Source: a bacterium (GTDB lineage: Bacteria; JADJOY01). Taken from it: a DNA stretch of 64,000 nt. Of the stretch, positions 1 to 9,849 are shown in pieces. The position numbers and the translations under genes are program-made. The notes under the pieces are model-generated. The model did no database searches. It saw nothing but the letters and a program-made list of their open reading frames with translations, and was not told the origin of the DNA. Each line of letters opens with the position of its first letter. Position 1 is the first letter of the stretch. The stretch lies in NCBI GenBank assembly GCA_046331705.1, contig JAXLQJ010000010.1:62001-126000 (forward strand). The letters are read 5' to 3'.

Positions 1-2004
1 GACGGCTTGGGAGACGCTTGCGACGACGACATCGATCAGCTGCAGAAGATCGTGCCCGCTCAGCTTCAGGCCGGCGACAACTTTGGCTGGGACGTGGCCT
101 TCGATGGAACCTTGCCGGCCGCAGGCGCTTGGCTCGACGACGATCTCGGCCAGAACTCGGGCTCGGCATATTTCTTCGGGTTCAACGGCACGGCCTGGAC
201 CACCGACCTGAAGATGGTCGGCTCGCAGCTCGCGACGTCGGAAACGTTTGGCTACAGCGTCAGCACGAGCGGCGACACCGTGGCGGTTGGATCGAGCATC
301 GGGAACACCTACGTGTTCCGCAAGAGCGGCGGGATCTGGAGACCCGAGGCCGTGCTCACGCCGGTCGCCGGCGGCTATTGCGGTCAAGGTGTGGCGCTCG
401 AAGGCGACAGGCTGGCCATCGCGTGTCCGAGCAGCACGGCTGACCCGGCGCCTCGGATTCGGATCTACAACCGTGCGAACGGAGTGTGGTCGGCTGGGCA
501 GGTGATCACGCCCTCGGGTGGCCTCGGTCAGTCCACGAAGCACGTGGAGCTGCACGGCGATCTCCTGGTCGCGGGCGCGATCACCAACAACGCTACCTGG
601 GTGTATCGTCGCTCTCCCACCACCGGCACGTTCGCGTTGGAGGCCACGCTGGCCCCCGGCGACGGGTTGTTCGGTCAGTTCGGGGCATCCGCGACGTCGG
701 AGGGATCGACGGTCGTGGTCGGGGCACCGTACGTGGATGCGGCCAGCGTCGACTCTGGCGCGGCGTACGTCTACGAAAAGGTCGGCTCGAGCTGGACGCA
801 GCGGGCTCGCCTCGTGCCCGCGGACGTCGCTGCCGGAGATCGATTCGGTCGTTCGGTGGCGTTGCGGAATGGTCTGCTCGCCGTCGGATCCGACGGCGAT
901 GACGGCACGGCGGGGGCTGTCTACCTCTTCGCCAAGAACGGCGCGGGTACGTGGGCCCAGACGGCGAAGGTGACGCCGAAGGACCGACGATACGGCGCCG
1001 CGTTCGGCAGCACGATCGCATTGGCCGGCAATCGGCTGTGGGTGGGCGCGCCGTACGACGACCAGGCCGGCTCCTCTGCCGGTGCGGCGTACGTGTTCGC
1101 ACTTCCCGTCGACACGGATGGTGACGGCGTTCGCGACAGCCGCGACAACTGTCCATCGGTGGCGAACCCCGGACAGGAGAACCTGGACGGCGATGAGCTC
1201 GGTGACGCGTGCGATCCCGACAAGGATGGCGACGGCGTAGCGAACGAGGTCGACAATTGCCCCCTGAACGCGAATCCCGGGCAGCAGGACGTCGATTCGG
1301 ATGGGATCGGGGATGCGTGCGATCCGTGCACGGACAAGGATCACGACGCGTACGCGCTGCAAGGCGGGTCCTGCGGTGCCGTGGACTGCAACGACACCGC
1401 CGCCGCGGTTCATCCGGGTGCGGCAGAGATCCCACGGAACGGGATCGACGAGGACTGCAATGGTGTCGACGAGTCGTGCGACCACGACGCGCTCTGCGAG
1501 GTCGGCGAGACTTGCACCAACTGCGCCAGCGATTGCGTGAGCGGCAGCACGCCCGGCGCGGTCTGCGGGAACGGGATCTGCGAAGCGGCGAACGGCGAGA
1601 GCTGCTCGACGTGCGCGGCCGACTGCAACGGCAAGACCAGCGGCCCTGCGAGCCAACGCTATTGCTGCGGCAGCACGACGGCGTGCAGCGACTCGCGCTG
1701 CAACGCCAACGGCAAGAGCTGCACCACCGTTCCCACGGTGTCGCAGAGCTATTGCTGCGGCGACACCTTGTGCAGCGTGGGCGAGAGCTGCGGGAATTGC
1801 CGGCTCGATTGCACGGTGGGAGCCGAGGTCTGCACCGGCGGGCTCGACGAGGACTGCGACGCGACGATCGACTGCGCGGATTCCAATTGCACCGGAACGC
1901 CGGCCTGTCCGACGTGTAAGGCCGCCGGAAGCTCGTGCACGGCCAACAGCGAGTGCTGCTCGCTCAGCTGTGCCGGCAAGACGGGTAAGAAGACCTGCAA
2001 GTAG
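1..2004 (+). CDS. 5'-partial large secreted Cys-rich protein: FG-GAP beta-propeller, thrombospondin type-3 Ca-binding repeats, putative metal-binding repeat, Cys-rich C-terminus
   Basis: Frame is open from base 1 (DGLGDACD). FG-GAP repeats (FGxSV..., GAAYVF); TSP3 repeats DTDGDGVRDSRDNCP/DGDELGDACD; DCNDTAAAVHPGAAEIPRNGIDEDCNG; CGNGICE repeats. Confidence 0.85.
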   Translation, partial: DGLGDACDDDIDQLQKIVPAQLQAGDNFGWDVAFDGTLPAAGAWLDDDLGQNSGSAYFFGFNGTAWTTDLKMVGSQLATSETFGYSVSTSGDTVAVGSSIGNTYVFRKSGGIWRPEAVLTPVAGGYCGQGVALEGDRLAIACPSSTADPAPRIRIYNRANGVWSAGQVITPSGGLGQSTKHVELHGDLLVAGAITNNATWVYRRSPTTGTFALEATLAPGDGLFGQFGASATSEGSTVVVGAPYVDAASVDSGAAYVYEKVGSSWTQRARLVPADVAAGDRFGRSVALRNGLLAVGSDGDDGTAGAVYLFAKNGAGTWAQTAKVTPKDRRYGAAFGSTIALAGNRLWVGAPYDDQAGSSAGAAYVFALPVDTDGDGVRDSRDNCPSVANPGQENLDGDELGDACDPDKDGDGVANEVDNCPLNANPGQQDVDSDGIGDACDPCTDKDHDAYALQGGSCGAVDCNDTAAAVHPGAAEIPRNGIDEDCNGVDESCDHDALCEVGETCTNCASDCVSGSTPGAVCGNGICEAANGESCSTCAADCNGKTSGPASQRYCCGSTTACSDSRCNANGKSCTTVPTVSQSYCCGDTLCSVGESCGNCRLDCTVGAEVCTGGLDEDCDATIDCADSNCTGTPACPTCKAAGSSCTANSECCSLSCAGKTGKKTCK

Positions 2005-2023
2005 CGGCGAGTTCGGTGTTGGA

Positions 2024-2053
2024 CTGACCCCGCGCCGGGTGGCGCGGGGTCAG
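2024..2053. terminator. Hairpin between convergent genes, probable bidirectional terminator
   Basis: ctgaccccgcgcc-gggt-ggcgcggggtcag, perfect 13-bp stem overlapping the moaB stop. Confidence 0.7.
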
Positions 2054-2556
2054 CCCTTTGCGGCCTCGCCGACGATGTGGCCGAGCTCGGGCACGATGAG
2101 CTTCTCCATCGCCAGTCGCGCGGCGGCGGTGGAGCCCGGGATCGAGAAGATCACCAGCTCGCCCGAGAGCCCGGCGATGGCGCGGGACAGCATCGCGGCC
2201 GAGCCGATCTCGGCGTAGCTGAGGTAGCGGAAGAGCTCGCCGAAGCCATCGAGCGTCTTGTCGAGCAAGCCGACGATCGCCTCGTACGTGCGGTCGCGGC
2301 GCGAGATGCCGGTGCCGCCGTTCACGATCACGGCGCGCGCCGCCCCGCTGGCGCGGATCTCGGCGACGACGGCGCGGATCCGCTCCGGCTCGTCCGGCAC
2401 GATCGCGTAGCGCGTGACCTCGTGCCCGGCCGCCACGAGCCGCTCGCGGATCGCGGCGCCGCTCGTGTCGGTGGCTTCGGTGCGGGTGTCGCTCACGGTG
2501 ACGATCGCGCACGCGAGGCTCGCGGGCGCGGCGCGACGGTGCTCGTGATGGGCCAT
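2050..2556 (-). CDS. moaB: Molybdenum cofactor biosynthesis protein B (MogA/MoaB family)
   Basis: IVTVSDTRT..DTSG, NGGTGISRRDRTYEA, GFGELFR, AMLSRA, SIPGS motifs; start placed at ATG 2556. Confidence 0.92.
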   Translation of the reverse strand: MAHHEHRRAAPASLACAIVTVSDTRTEATDTSGAAIRERLVAAGHEVTRYAIVPDEPERIRAVVAEIRASGAARAVIVNGGTGISRRDRTYEAIVGLLDKTLDGFGELFRYLSYAEIGSAAMLSRAIAGLSGELVIFSIPGSTAAARLAMEKLIVPELGHIVGEAAKG

Positions 2557-2570
2557 GGACGCGGACTCTC

Positions 2571-3179
2571 TCAACCCGGCGCGGTGAGCGGCGGAGCGTG
2601 GTCGGGGAAGGCGAGGCGCACGAGCGCGTGGATGAAGCGCGCCGTAGCGCCCCACACGATCGTGCCGTCGACGTCGTAGAAGTGGACGAGGTGCGGCTGG
2701 CCGAGGCGGGTGCCACGCTCCTCGACGCGGTGGATCGAGGGATCGAGGAAGCGCTCGATGGGGATCTCCATCACCTCCGCGATCTCGTCCGCGAGCGGCT
2801 GGAACGGATATGGATGGGGAAGCGTCCCGACGATCGGAGTGACCAGGAAGTTGGTGATCGTGATGCTGTCGTCGAGCCAGCCGAGAACGTCGACGTCCTC
2901 CGGCTGGATGGCGAGCTCCTCGTGGGCCTCGCGCAGCGCCGTGTGCAGCGGGCTCTCGTCGCCAGGGTCCGTCTTGCCGCCTGGAAAGCTGATCTGCCCC
3001 TTGTGCGTGCCGACGGTCTCGGTGCGACGCGTGAGCAGCACCCGCACGCCGTCCTCGGCGAGCATGAGCGGGAAGAGCACGGCGGCGCGAATGAGCGTGG
3101 GCTCGCCCGCCAGCGCGCGGCGCGGGCGCCCGGAGAGCGACGAACGCACGTGTTCGAGCCAGTCGGTACCGAGACGCAT
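2571..3179 (-). CDS. Nudix hydrolase, CoA pyrophosphatase (NudL-like)
   Basis: LLTRR..THKGQISFPGG..TALREAHEE Nudix box with CoA motif; IVWGATA. Confidence 0.88.
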   Translation of the reverse strand: MRLGTDWLEHVRSSLSGRPRRALAGEPTLIRAAVLFPLMLAEDGVRVLLTRRTETVGTHKGQISFPGGKTDPGDESPLHTALREAHEELAIQPEDVDVLGWLDDSITITNFLVTPIVGTLPHPYPFQPLADEIAEVMEIPIERFLDPSIHRVEERGTRLGQPHLVHFYDVDGTIVWGATARFIHALVRLAFPDHAPPLTAPG

Positions 3180-3317
3180 CCGTGCGAAGTTAACGGTCTC
3201 GGCGATGGGTGTCATCCGCGGGCCGCGCGCGTCCCGCGATCCTCGCGAGACGCCTCCGCGCTGTCGCGAGCAGCCTGATAGACTCGGGCGGTTTCGCACG
3301 ACGAGGAGGGTCACGCC

Positions 3318-3509
3318 ATGGCCGAGTCCGAGCCCAAACCGCCCGCGAAGAAGGACAAGGGCGCCGCCTACGATTCGTGGAAGGCCACCAACGCCGCGCC
3401 CACCGCCGGATCGCAGCAGGCGAAGGGCACGCTCAAGGGACGCTTCACGGCGATGGTCGATCGCTTCATCCGCAAGTTCAACACCGACAAGGGTTGGTAC
3501 GACGAGTGA
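3318..3509 (+). CDS. Small hypothetical protein (63 aa)
   Basis: Strong SD gaggagg upstream of ATG; GC3-rich codon usage; heads a co-directional gene run. Confidence 0.65.
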   Translation: MAESEPKPPAKKDKGAAYDSWKATNAAPTAGSQQAKGTLKGRFTAMVDRFIRKFNTDKGWYDE

Positions 3510-3516
3510 CACGGTC

Positions 3517-4002
3517 ATGAGCTTCGGCATCATCGATCACGTGGTGGCGCGCATCGCGTTCGCGGGCGCGATCGGATACGCGTCGTGGCGGCTCGCCGAG
3601 GAACGTCATCGCTCGGCGCTCGGCTGGGCGCTCGTGGGCGCCGTCCTGGGCTATGCCGTCGAGCTGTGGGCGTTCGCCGCGCTGGTCGGCCTGTGGCGCT
3701 TGCCCAAGGTGGACTTGCGTGAGCGCTATCTCGAGCTTCGGGCTCACGAGCGGTTCGCGCAGGCGCTCGGAGCACCCTCGTTGGTGGGCGATCACCTCGA
3801 GGATCGCATCTTGATGGTGCTCGCCAACAACCCGCAGGGGCTGCACCTCAACGCGCTCGCGCAGGGTGTCGGGCAGAGCTGGCGCGCGATCGACGGCGTG
3901 GTGCGCGTGCTCGTCGAGCGCCGCAAGGTGGTCCAGAAGGACGACCTCTACTTCATCGACTCCACGGCTCAGGCACCCGCAGTCGGCGGAGGTGCCGGTT
4001 GA
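3517..4002 (+). CDS. Hypothetical membrane protein with a C-terminal winged-HTH-like segment
   Basis: Hydrophobic N-half; C-terminal RILMVLANNPQGLHLNALAQGVG...LVERRKVVQKDDLYF resembles wHTH; stop overlaps next start. Confidence 0.6.
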   Translation: MSFGIIDHVVARIAFAGAIGYASWRLAEERHRSALGWALVGAVLGYAVELWAFAALVGLWRLPKVDLRERYLELRAHERFAQALGAPSLVGDHLEDRILMVLANNPQGLHLNALAQGVGQSWRAIDGVVRVLVERRKVVQKDDLYFIDSTAQAPAVGGGAG

Positions 4003-4883
4003 GCATCAGCATCGTCATCCCAGCGCACAACGAAGCGGAGGCGATCGCCGGCGTGGTGACGGCCTGCAAGGCGCTGCCAGACGTGACGCAGGTGATCGTG
4101 GTGGACGACGGCTCGACCGACGACACCGGCACGATCGCGCGGCGCGCTGGCGCCGAGGTCGTCACGCACCCGTATTGCGTCGGCAACGGTGCCTCGGTGA
4201 AGTCGGGCGCGCGGGCCGCGACCGGCGACATCGTGGTCTTCCTGGATGGCGATGGGCAGCACCCGCCCGAGGACGTCCCGCGGCTGGTCGCGAAGCTCGA
4301 GGGGTATCACCTCGTGGTGGGCGCCCGCGAGCCGAGCACGCACGCCAACCTGAAGCGGCGCTTCGGCAACAACGTCTACAACGTCTTCGCCAGCTACGTG
4401 ACGCAGTTCCCCATCCTGGACCTGACCAGCGGATTCCGCGCGATCCGACGCGATCTGCTGCTGCACTATCTCTATCTGCTGCCCAATGGTTTCTCGTCGC
4501 CGTCGACGCTCACGCTCGCGATCCTGCGCACCGGGCGCTCGCTCGCCTACGTTCCGATTCGCGCCCGCGAGCGCAAGGGCACCAGCAAGATCCACCTCCT
4601 GAAGGACGGGACACGCTTCTTCCTCATCATCATCAAGATCGCGACGCTGTTCTCGCCGCTGCGGGTGTTCATTCCCGTGAGCTTGCTCGCGTTCATCCTC
4701 GGCACGGCCAACTACACGTACAGCTCGGTGCTCCAGAAGCATTTCGTGTTCACCAACATGTCGGCGCTGCTCTACGTCGCGGCGGTGCTGGTGTTCATGC
4801 TGGGACTCGTGGCGGAGCAGATCGCGCAGCTCCGCCTGGATCGCACCGAGGGACTCGACACGATCGGCCGCGCGCCCGTCTGA
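3999..4883 (+). CDS. Glycosyltransferase family 2 (DPM/DPG synthase-like) with two C-terminal TM helices
   Basis: IVIPAHNEA, VVDDGSTD, FLDGDGQH, DLTSGFRA. Confidence 0.92.
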   Translation: MSISIVIPAHNEAEAIAGVVTACKALPDVTQVIVVDDGSTDDTGTIARRAGAEVVTHPYCVGNGASVKSGARAATGDIVVFLDGDGQHPPEDVPRLVAKLEGYHLVVGAREPSTHANLKRRFGNNVYNVFASYVTQFPILDLTSGFRAIRRDLLLHYLYLLPNGFSSPSTLTLAILRTGRSLAYVPIRARERKGTSKIHLLKDGTRFFLIIIKIATLFSPLRVFIPVSLLAFILGTANYTYSSVLQKHFVFTNMSALLYVAAVLVFMLGLVAEQIAQLRLDRTEGLDTIGRAPV

Positions 4884-4907
4884 CGGCGTGGGGCCGAGGG
4901 TGGGGCG

Positions 4908-6137
4908 ATGCGCGTCGTCGTGCTCACCACCTGTTATCCGCGTTTTTCGGGAGATTTCGCGGGCGCCCACGTGGAGCGCTCGGTGCGCCGGTTGCTCGCG
5001 ATCGGCCACCAGGTCACGGTCGTCGCTCCCGCCGACGACCGCGCCGAGCCCGCGACCTGGACGGGTGGCGCGGTGATTCGCCGCGCGCGCTATCTTCCGC
5101 GGCGCCTCCGACGGTTGCCCTACGGGTACGGCGGCATCCCCGTGCACCTGCGCGCGCATCCGGGGCGCATCCTGGAGGTGCCGTTCCTGATCCTCGGGCT
5201 CGCGCTCGAAGCGTTGCGCGCGGCGCGCGATGCGGACGTGTTGCACGCGAACTGGCTCTTCACCGGTTTCGCCGCCCTGCCTGCGCGGCTCGCGCGAAGA
5301 GTCCCGCTGTTGCTGACGCTCCGTGGCAGCGACTTGGCGCTCGCAGAGTCCGCTTGGCCGCTGCGTTGGGCCGCGCGCTGGCTGCTCGCGCGGGCGGATG
5401 GGATCGCGCCGGTGAGCCAGGACCTGGCCGATCGTGCGATCGGCCTCGGCGCCCGGGCGGACCGGACCTGCCCGGTGGCGGACGGGGCCGAGACCGAGGG
5501 CTTCGCGACGCGCGAGGCGGCGCGAGCGGCCTTGAGCCTCGACCTGCGCTCGCGTCTCGCGCTCTTCGTGGGCAACGTCATCCACGTGAAGGGGATCGAC
5601 GTGCTGATCGAGGCGGTCACGCAACTCGCCCCACGACGCGACCTCGCCGACGTCCGGTTCGTGCTGGTGGGAGGTGGCGCGGACATTCCGCGCTACGAAG
5701 CGCTCGCGCGCGAGCGTGGCGTCGGCGAGCGGGTGCAGTTCACCGGTTTCCGGCCGACGGACGAGGTGCCCACGTGGATGGCCGCGTGCGACCTGCTCGT
5801 CTTGCCGAGCCGTTCGGAGGGCCTCCCCAACGTCGTCCTCGAGGCGATGGGAGTGGGGCGGGCGATCGTCGCCACCCGCGTCGGCGGCTTGCCCGATCTG
5901 ATCGAGGAAGGCGGCAACGGTCTGTTGGTCCCGTCGGAGTCGCCCGCAGCGCTGGCGAGCGCGCTGGCACGCTTGCTCGCGGACGGCGCCGAGCGTGAGC
6001 GCATGGGCGAGCGGAGTCGGGCCCTGTTGCGCCAGCGCGGGCTCACGTGGGAGGCCACGGCGCACCGCTACGACCAGCTCTATCGCGAGCTGGCGGAAGG
6101 CGCGCGAGAGACCCGAGAAAGAGGTGTGGACCGATGA
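4908..6137 (+). CDS. Glycosyltransferase family 4
   Basis: KGIDVLIEA; EGLPNVVLEAM (EX7E); VATRVGG. Confidence 0.92.
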   Translation: MRVVVLTTCYPRFSGDFAGAHVERSVRRLLAIGHQVTVVAPADDRAEPATWTGGAVIRRARYLPRRLRRLPYGYGGIPVHLRAHPGRILEVPFLILGLALEALRAARDADVLHANWLFTGFAALPARLARRVPLLLTLRGSDLALAESAWPLRWAARWLLARADGIAPVSQDLADRAIGLGARADRTCPVADGAETEGFATREAARAALSLDLRSRLALFVGNVIHVKGIDVLIEAVTQLAPRRDLADVRFVLVGGGADIPRYEALARERGVGERVQFTGFRPTDEVPTWMAACDLLVLPSRSEGLPNVVLEAMGVGRAIVATRVGGLPDLIEEGGNGLLVPSESPAALASALARLLADGAERERMGERSRALLRQRGLTWEATAHRYDQLYRELAEGARETRERGVDR

Positions 6138-7120
6138 TCGAGCGTCGCTACGTGGCGTGGATCGGAGCGTGGTTGGTGGCCATCGCCGGCGCGGGCTGCG
6201 CGGTCCGGACGGCCCCTCCCGAGCCGCGCGAGGGCGGCTGGACGCGTCGCGCAGACCCCTTTCAGCATCCACCGGTGGAGTTCCCGTTCACCCTGGAAGC
6301 GGCGCCGGACGAGCAGCCCGAGTTCGCCACCTGGCACCTGCGTTACGACGCGCTCGATCGTGAGGATCCGAAGAACCCCACCGTGCAGGCGGTGCTGCGC
6401 TATCCGCGCGCGGGCACCGATGCGCTGGTGGTGGTGCTGCCGATCCTGGGCGGCGACTACTCGGAGACCGATTGGTTCGCGCGCGGCCTCGCCACCGCCG
6501 GCATGGCGACGCTGCGCTTCGACAGGAAGACGGACGTGCTCGATCCCGCGGGGGATTTCGAGCTGGCGGCGCGGCGCATCCGCGACAGCGTGGTCGACGT
6601 GCGCCGCGGCCTCGACCTCTTCGCGTCGCGCTCGCCGCTCGCCCATCAGCCGATGCGCTTCGCGCGCGTGGGGATCCTGGGGATCAGCATGGGATCGATG
6701 ATCGGCAACCTGATCGCCGCTTACGATCCTCGCATCGACGCTGCAGCGCTGGTGCTCAGCGGCGGCGATTTCGCCAACGTGCTCGAGTGCGCTCGCGACG
6801 AGGTGGAGGTGAAGGCGTTCCTCGAAGGGCTGGCCTCCCGTGGCTACGACGCGAATCGGATTCGTCACGAGGCGCACGCCTATCTCGACGGGATCGATCC
6901 GCTGCGTCACGCGGCGAGCCTCGACCCCGCCACCACGCTGCTGATCCAGGGGCGTTTCGATCCGATCATCCCGTTCGAGGCGGGCACGCGTCTGTGGGAG
7001 GCCGCCCATCGCCCCGAGCGGATCGTGCTGCCGAGCGGCCATTACAGCGCGGTGCTCTTCCTGCCGTACATCCAAGCGCGGATCGAGGAGCACTTCGCGA
7101 GGCATCTGCTCGCTCACTGA
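6134..7120 (+). CDS. Alpha/beta hydrolase, probable lipoprotein
   Basis: Signal peptide with AGC lipobox; GISMG nucleophile elbow; GRFD..; GH at C-terminus; ATGA overlap with GT4. Confidence 0.8.
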   Translation: MIERRYVAWIGAWLVAIAGAGCAVRTAPPEPREGGWTRRADPFQHPPVEFPFTLEAAPDEQPEFATWHLRYDALDREDPKNPTVQAVLRYPRAGTDALVVVLPILGGDYSETDWFARGLATAGMATLRFDRKTDVLDPAGDFELAARRIRDSVVDVRRGLDLFASRSPLAHQPMRFARVGILGISMGSMIGNLIAAYDPRIDAAALVLSGGDFANVLECARDEVEVKAFLEGLASRGYDANRIRHEAHAYLDGIDPLRHAASLDPATTLLIQGRFDPIIPFEAGTRLWEAAHRPERIVLPSGHYSAVLFLPYIQARIEEHFARHLLAH

Positions 7121-7155
7121 AGCAACGCGCGCCGCGCGGCGCGCCGCGCGTACCG

Positions 7156-7671
7156 TCATCCGCCCGTCGATCGCGGACCGACGAACGTCCTGCCGCGCTC
7201 GGCGGAGAGCACGCGGAACGTCCCGGTCGCGCGCGCCAACAGGGTTCCCGCGAGATCGAGCAAGCGCCCTTCGATCTCCACGTCGCGGTCGCTGCGCCCC
7301 ACCAGCCACGCCTCGCCGCGAATCGTGGTCTCGACCCGCAGCGGCCGCGCGAACTCGACTTGCAGCCGCACCGTGGCCACCACGGTGTCGGGCGACGTGA
7401 GCGAGGCGGCGGCGCCCATCAGCTCGTCGAGGATCATGCAGGTGGTGCCGCCGTGCGCGACGTTCGAGTAGCCACGGAACTCGCGCCGCAGCTCGAGCTC
7501 GCAGACGACCTTGTCGCCCTCGCGATAGGGGCGCATGCCGAGCGAGAACGGGTTCTCGGTGCCGCACGCGATGCAGCCGCGCGCGCGCACGGTCCAGTCG
7601 CGCTGCGCCGCCGCGTCGGCTGTGACGGTTCCGTCGGCGCCCGCGTCGCGGCTCTCGCTCTCGTCACGCAA
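7156..7671 (-). CDS. PaaI family (hotdog-fold) thioesterase
   Basis: CIACGTENPFSLG, AHGG...LDE, TVRLQVEFARP; start uncertain (TTG 7671 assumed). Confidence 0.82.
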   Translation of the reverse strand: MRDESESRDAGADGTVTADAAAQRDWTVRARGCIACGTENPFSLGMRPYREGDKVVCELELRREFRGYSNVAHGGTTCMILDELMGAAASLTSPDTVVATVRLQVEFARPLRVETTIRGEAWLVGRSDRDVEIEGRLLDLAGTLLARATGTFRVLSAERGRTFVGPRSTGG

Positions 7672-9724
7672 GGGGCATCTCGCGAGGCGCGCGTGCGAAC
7701 AGCCGTGTGGGCGCTCCCGCCGTAGCGGGAAAGCGCAACCGGAACACCGCGCCGCCACCGGCGTGATCGAGGACTTCCACGCGGCCGCCGTGACTCGTCA
7801 TCACGCGCTGCACCAGCGGCAGGCCGAGCCCGGTGCCCTCGCCGGGCGCCTTGGTCGTGAAGAAAGGCTCGAAGATGCGCGCGCGGATCCCCGCGGAAAC
7901 TCCGGGGCCGTCGTCCTCGACGTCGATCGTGAGGGTCTGGTCGCGCGCGTCGCGCCGCGCGACGATGCGGATCTGTCCTTCGCCGCGCATCGCCTGGGAG
8001 GCGTTGCGCAGCAAGTTGAGCAAGGCCTGCTCGATCTCGCGCGCGCTGCCTCGGATCGAGCCGAGCTCGGCCGCCAGATCCATCACGATCTCGGGCGTCT
8101 CCTTCGCGCGCGCCGCCCGGAACGCGCGCACGGCGCGTTCGATCACCATCACCGGCTCGACGTCCGTGTGGTCCTCGTGCGCGGGCCGCGCGTAGGTCAA
8201 GAGCTCGGCGACGATGCGGCTGGCGCGCTCCGCCTCGCTCACCAGGATGTCGAGGCGCTCGGGCGAGCCCGCCGGGTTGCGCTCGAGGGCGCGCGCGCAG
8301 AGCAGCACCGCGGTCAGCGGGTTGTTGAGCTCGTGGGCGACCGCCGAAACGAAGCTGCCCATCGCGGTCAGCTTCTCGGCTTGGTCGAGCCTGGCGCGGA
8401 TCTCGCGCTGATCCGTGAGGTCCTTCGCGATCTCGAGCAGCCGCGCGTCGCCGGAGCCGTCCGTGGAGATCGGCGAGATCGTCGACACCAGGAAGCGGCG
8501 CGTGCCGTCGCGGCGCACGCGGATGGTCTCGACGCCGGACCGCGGCGCTCCGCGACCGAGCTCGTCGAGGAAGGCCGCGGCGTCGTGCCCCGGCGCGAAG
8601 AACCGATCGACCCGCGAGCCGATCGCGGCGCTGCGCGGCACGCCCGAGATGCGCTCCGCGCCCCGGTTCCACGCCTCGATGGTGCCGTCGCGGCGATACA
8701 CGGCGATCCAGTCGTCGGCGCTCTCGAAGAGGCGGCGATGCTCCGCCTCCAGGCGCTGGAAGCGCTCCGCCGCGTGGTGCTCGCGCTGATAGAGGTGCGC
8801 GTTCGCCAGCGCGTGGGCAGCGCTGTTGGCCAGGAGCCGCGCTGCCGCGAGCTCGCCGGCATCGAGCGGCGGGTCGGCGGAGATCACCATCGTTCCCACG
8901 ATCTCGCCGCGACGCACCATCGCCACGCACGCGAGCGTCTCGCCCGGCGCGGTGGCGTCGTCGTCGCGCTCCGCGTTCTCGCAGGCGGTGGTGAGGATCT
9001 CGGCTGGGCGCAGGCCGGCGTTGGGCTGGTAGAGCGTCCGCAGCAGGCGCGCCCGGGGCACCAGCGTGGCGAGCTGCTCGGACACGGCGCGGACGATCTC
9101 GTCGACGTCGAGGTCGGGATCGAGCCGCTCGGTCACCGCGAGCACGGTCTCCAGCGCTCGTCGCTGGTGCTCGCTCGCCGTGAGCGCCTGGTGCTCGTCG
9201 CGGCTGCTCTGCGCGACCAGGCCGAAGAACGTGCCGGTGCCGAACAGGAGCGGCACGTGGATCCACAGCGCGGAGCTCCACGGCTCGTTCGCGTCGTGAC
9301 CGACCACCAGCGCCAAGGCATAGGCGACGCATGCGCCCGTGGTGACGACGGTGACGCGCTGGAAGGTGCCGCTCAAGCTCACGACCAGCAGCAGCACGAA
9401 GTACGAGAGAAAGAACTGGCCACGCGTGCCGTCGGTGAGCACGGCGGCGGACGTGATCACCAGCAGATCGCCGACGACCAGACCGGTTTGCAGCCGCGGA
9501 TCGCCGAAGCGCTCGGGCGGCTGGCGGGCGAGCCAGATCTGGCTGGCGAGAAAGAGCGCCGCGAGTGCGAGCGATGGGCCCGGGGCGGGGGCCTCCGCCG
9601 ACACCAGCGCCGCTGTCGTGACGAGCGCGAGCGCGAGCCTGAGCGACAGGATGGCCGCGCGGTTCTCGAGCCAGCCGCGGCCCAGGCTCGGCTGATGCAG
9701 GAAGTCGAAGGCGCGCTCGGACAC
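7664..9724 (-). CDS. Membrane sensor histidine kinase (multi-TM, degenerate GAF, PAS, HisKA, HATPase)
   Basis: WNRGAERISG (PAS), AHELNNPL, NLLRNA, DDGPG, FFTTK..GTGLGL; no adjacent response regulator. Confidence 0.92.
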   Translation of the reverse strand: MSERAFDFLHQPSLGRGWLENRAAILSLRLALALVTTAALVSAEAPAPGPSLALAALFLASQIWLARQPPERFGDPRLQTGLVVGDLLVITSAAVLTDGTRGQFFLSYFVLLLVVSLSGTFQRVTVVTTGACVAYALALVVGHDANEPWSSALWIHVPLLFGTGTFFGLVAQSSRDEHQALTASEHQRRALETVLAVTERLDPDLDVDEIVRAVSEQLATLVPRARLLRTLYQPNAGLRPAEILTTACENAERDDDATAPGETLACVAMVRRGEIVGTMVISADPPLDAGELAAARLLANSAAHALANAHLYQREHHAAERFQRLEAEHRRLFESADDWIAVYRRDGTIEAWNRGAERISGVPRSAAIGSRVDRFFAPGHDAAAFLDELGRGAPRSGVETIRVRRDGTRRFLVSTISPISTDGSGDARLLEIAKDLTDQREIRARLDQAEKLTAMGSFVSAVAHELNNPLTAVLLCARALERNPAGSPERLDILVSEAERASRIVAELLTYARPAHEDHTDVEPVMVIERAVRAFRAARAKETPEIVMDLAAELGSIRGSAREIEQALLNLLRNASQAMRGEGQIRIVARRDARDQTLTIDVEDDGPGVSAGIRARIFEPFFTTKAPGEGTGLGLPLVQRVMTSHGGRVEVLDHAGGGAVFRLRFPATAGAPTRLFARAPREMPLA

Positions 9725-9849
9725 GAAGCCTCGTTGGGAGGAGCGTCGCAGGGTCTCGCGGCGCCGCTAGTCTACCCGCGCATCCAGCGGCGGCCGAATG
9801 GAATCGGCTGGAGCGGCTCTTGGCCCGAGCCTGCGCGGCGCGCGAACGC

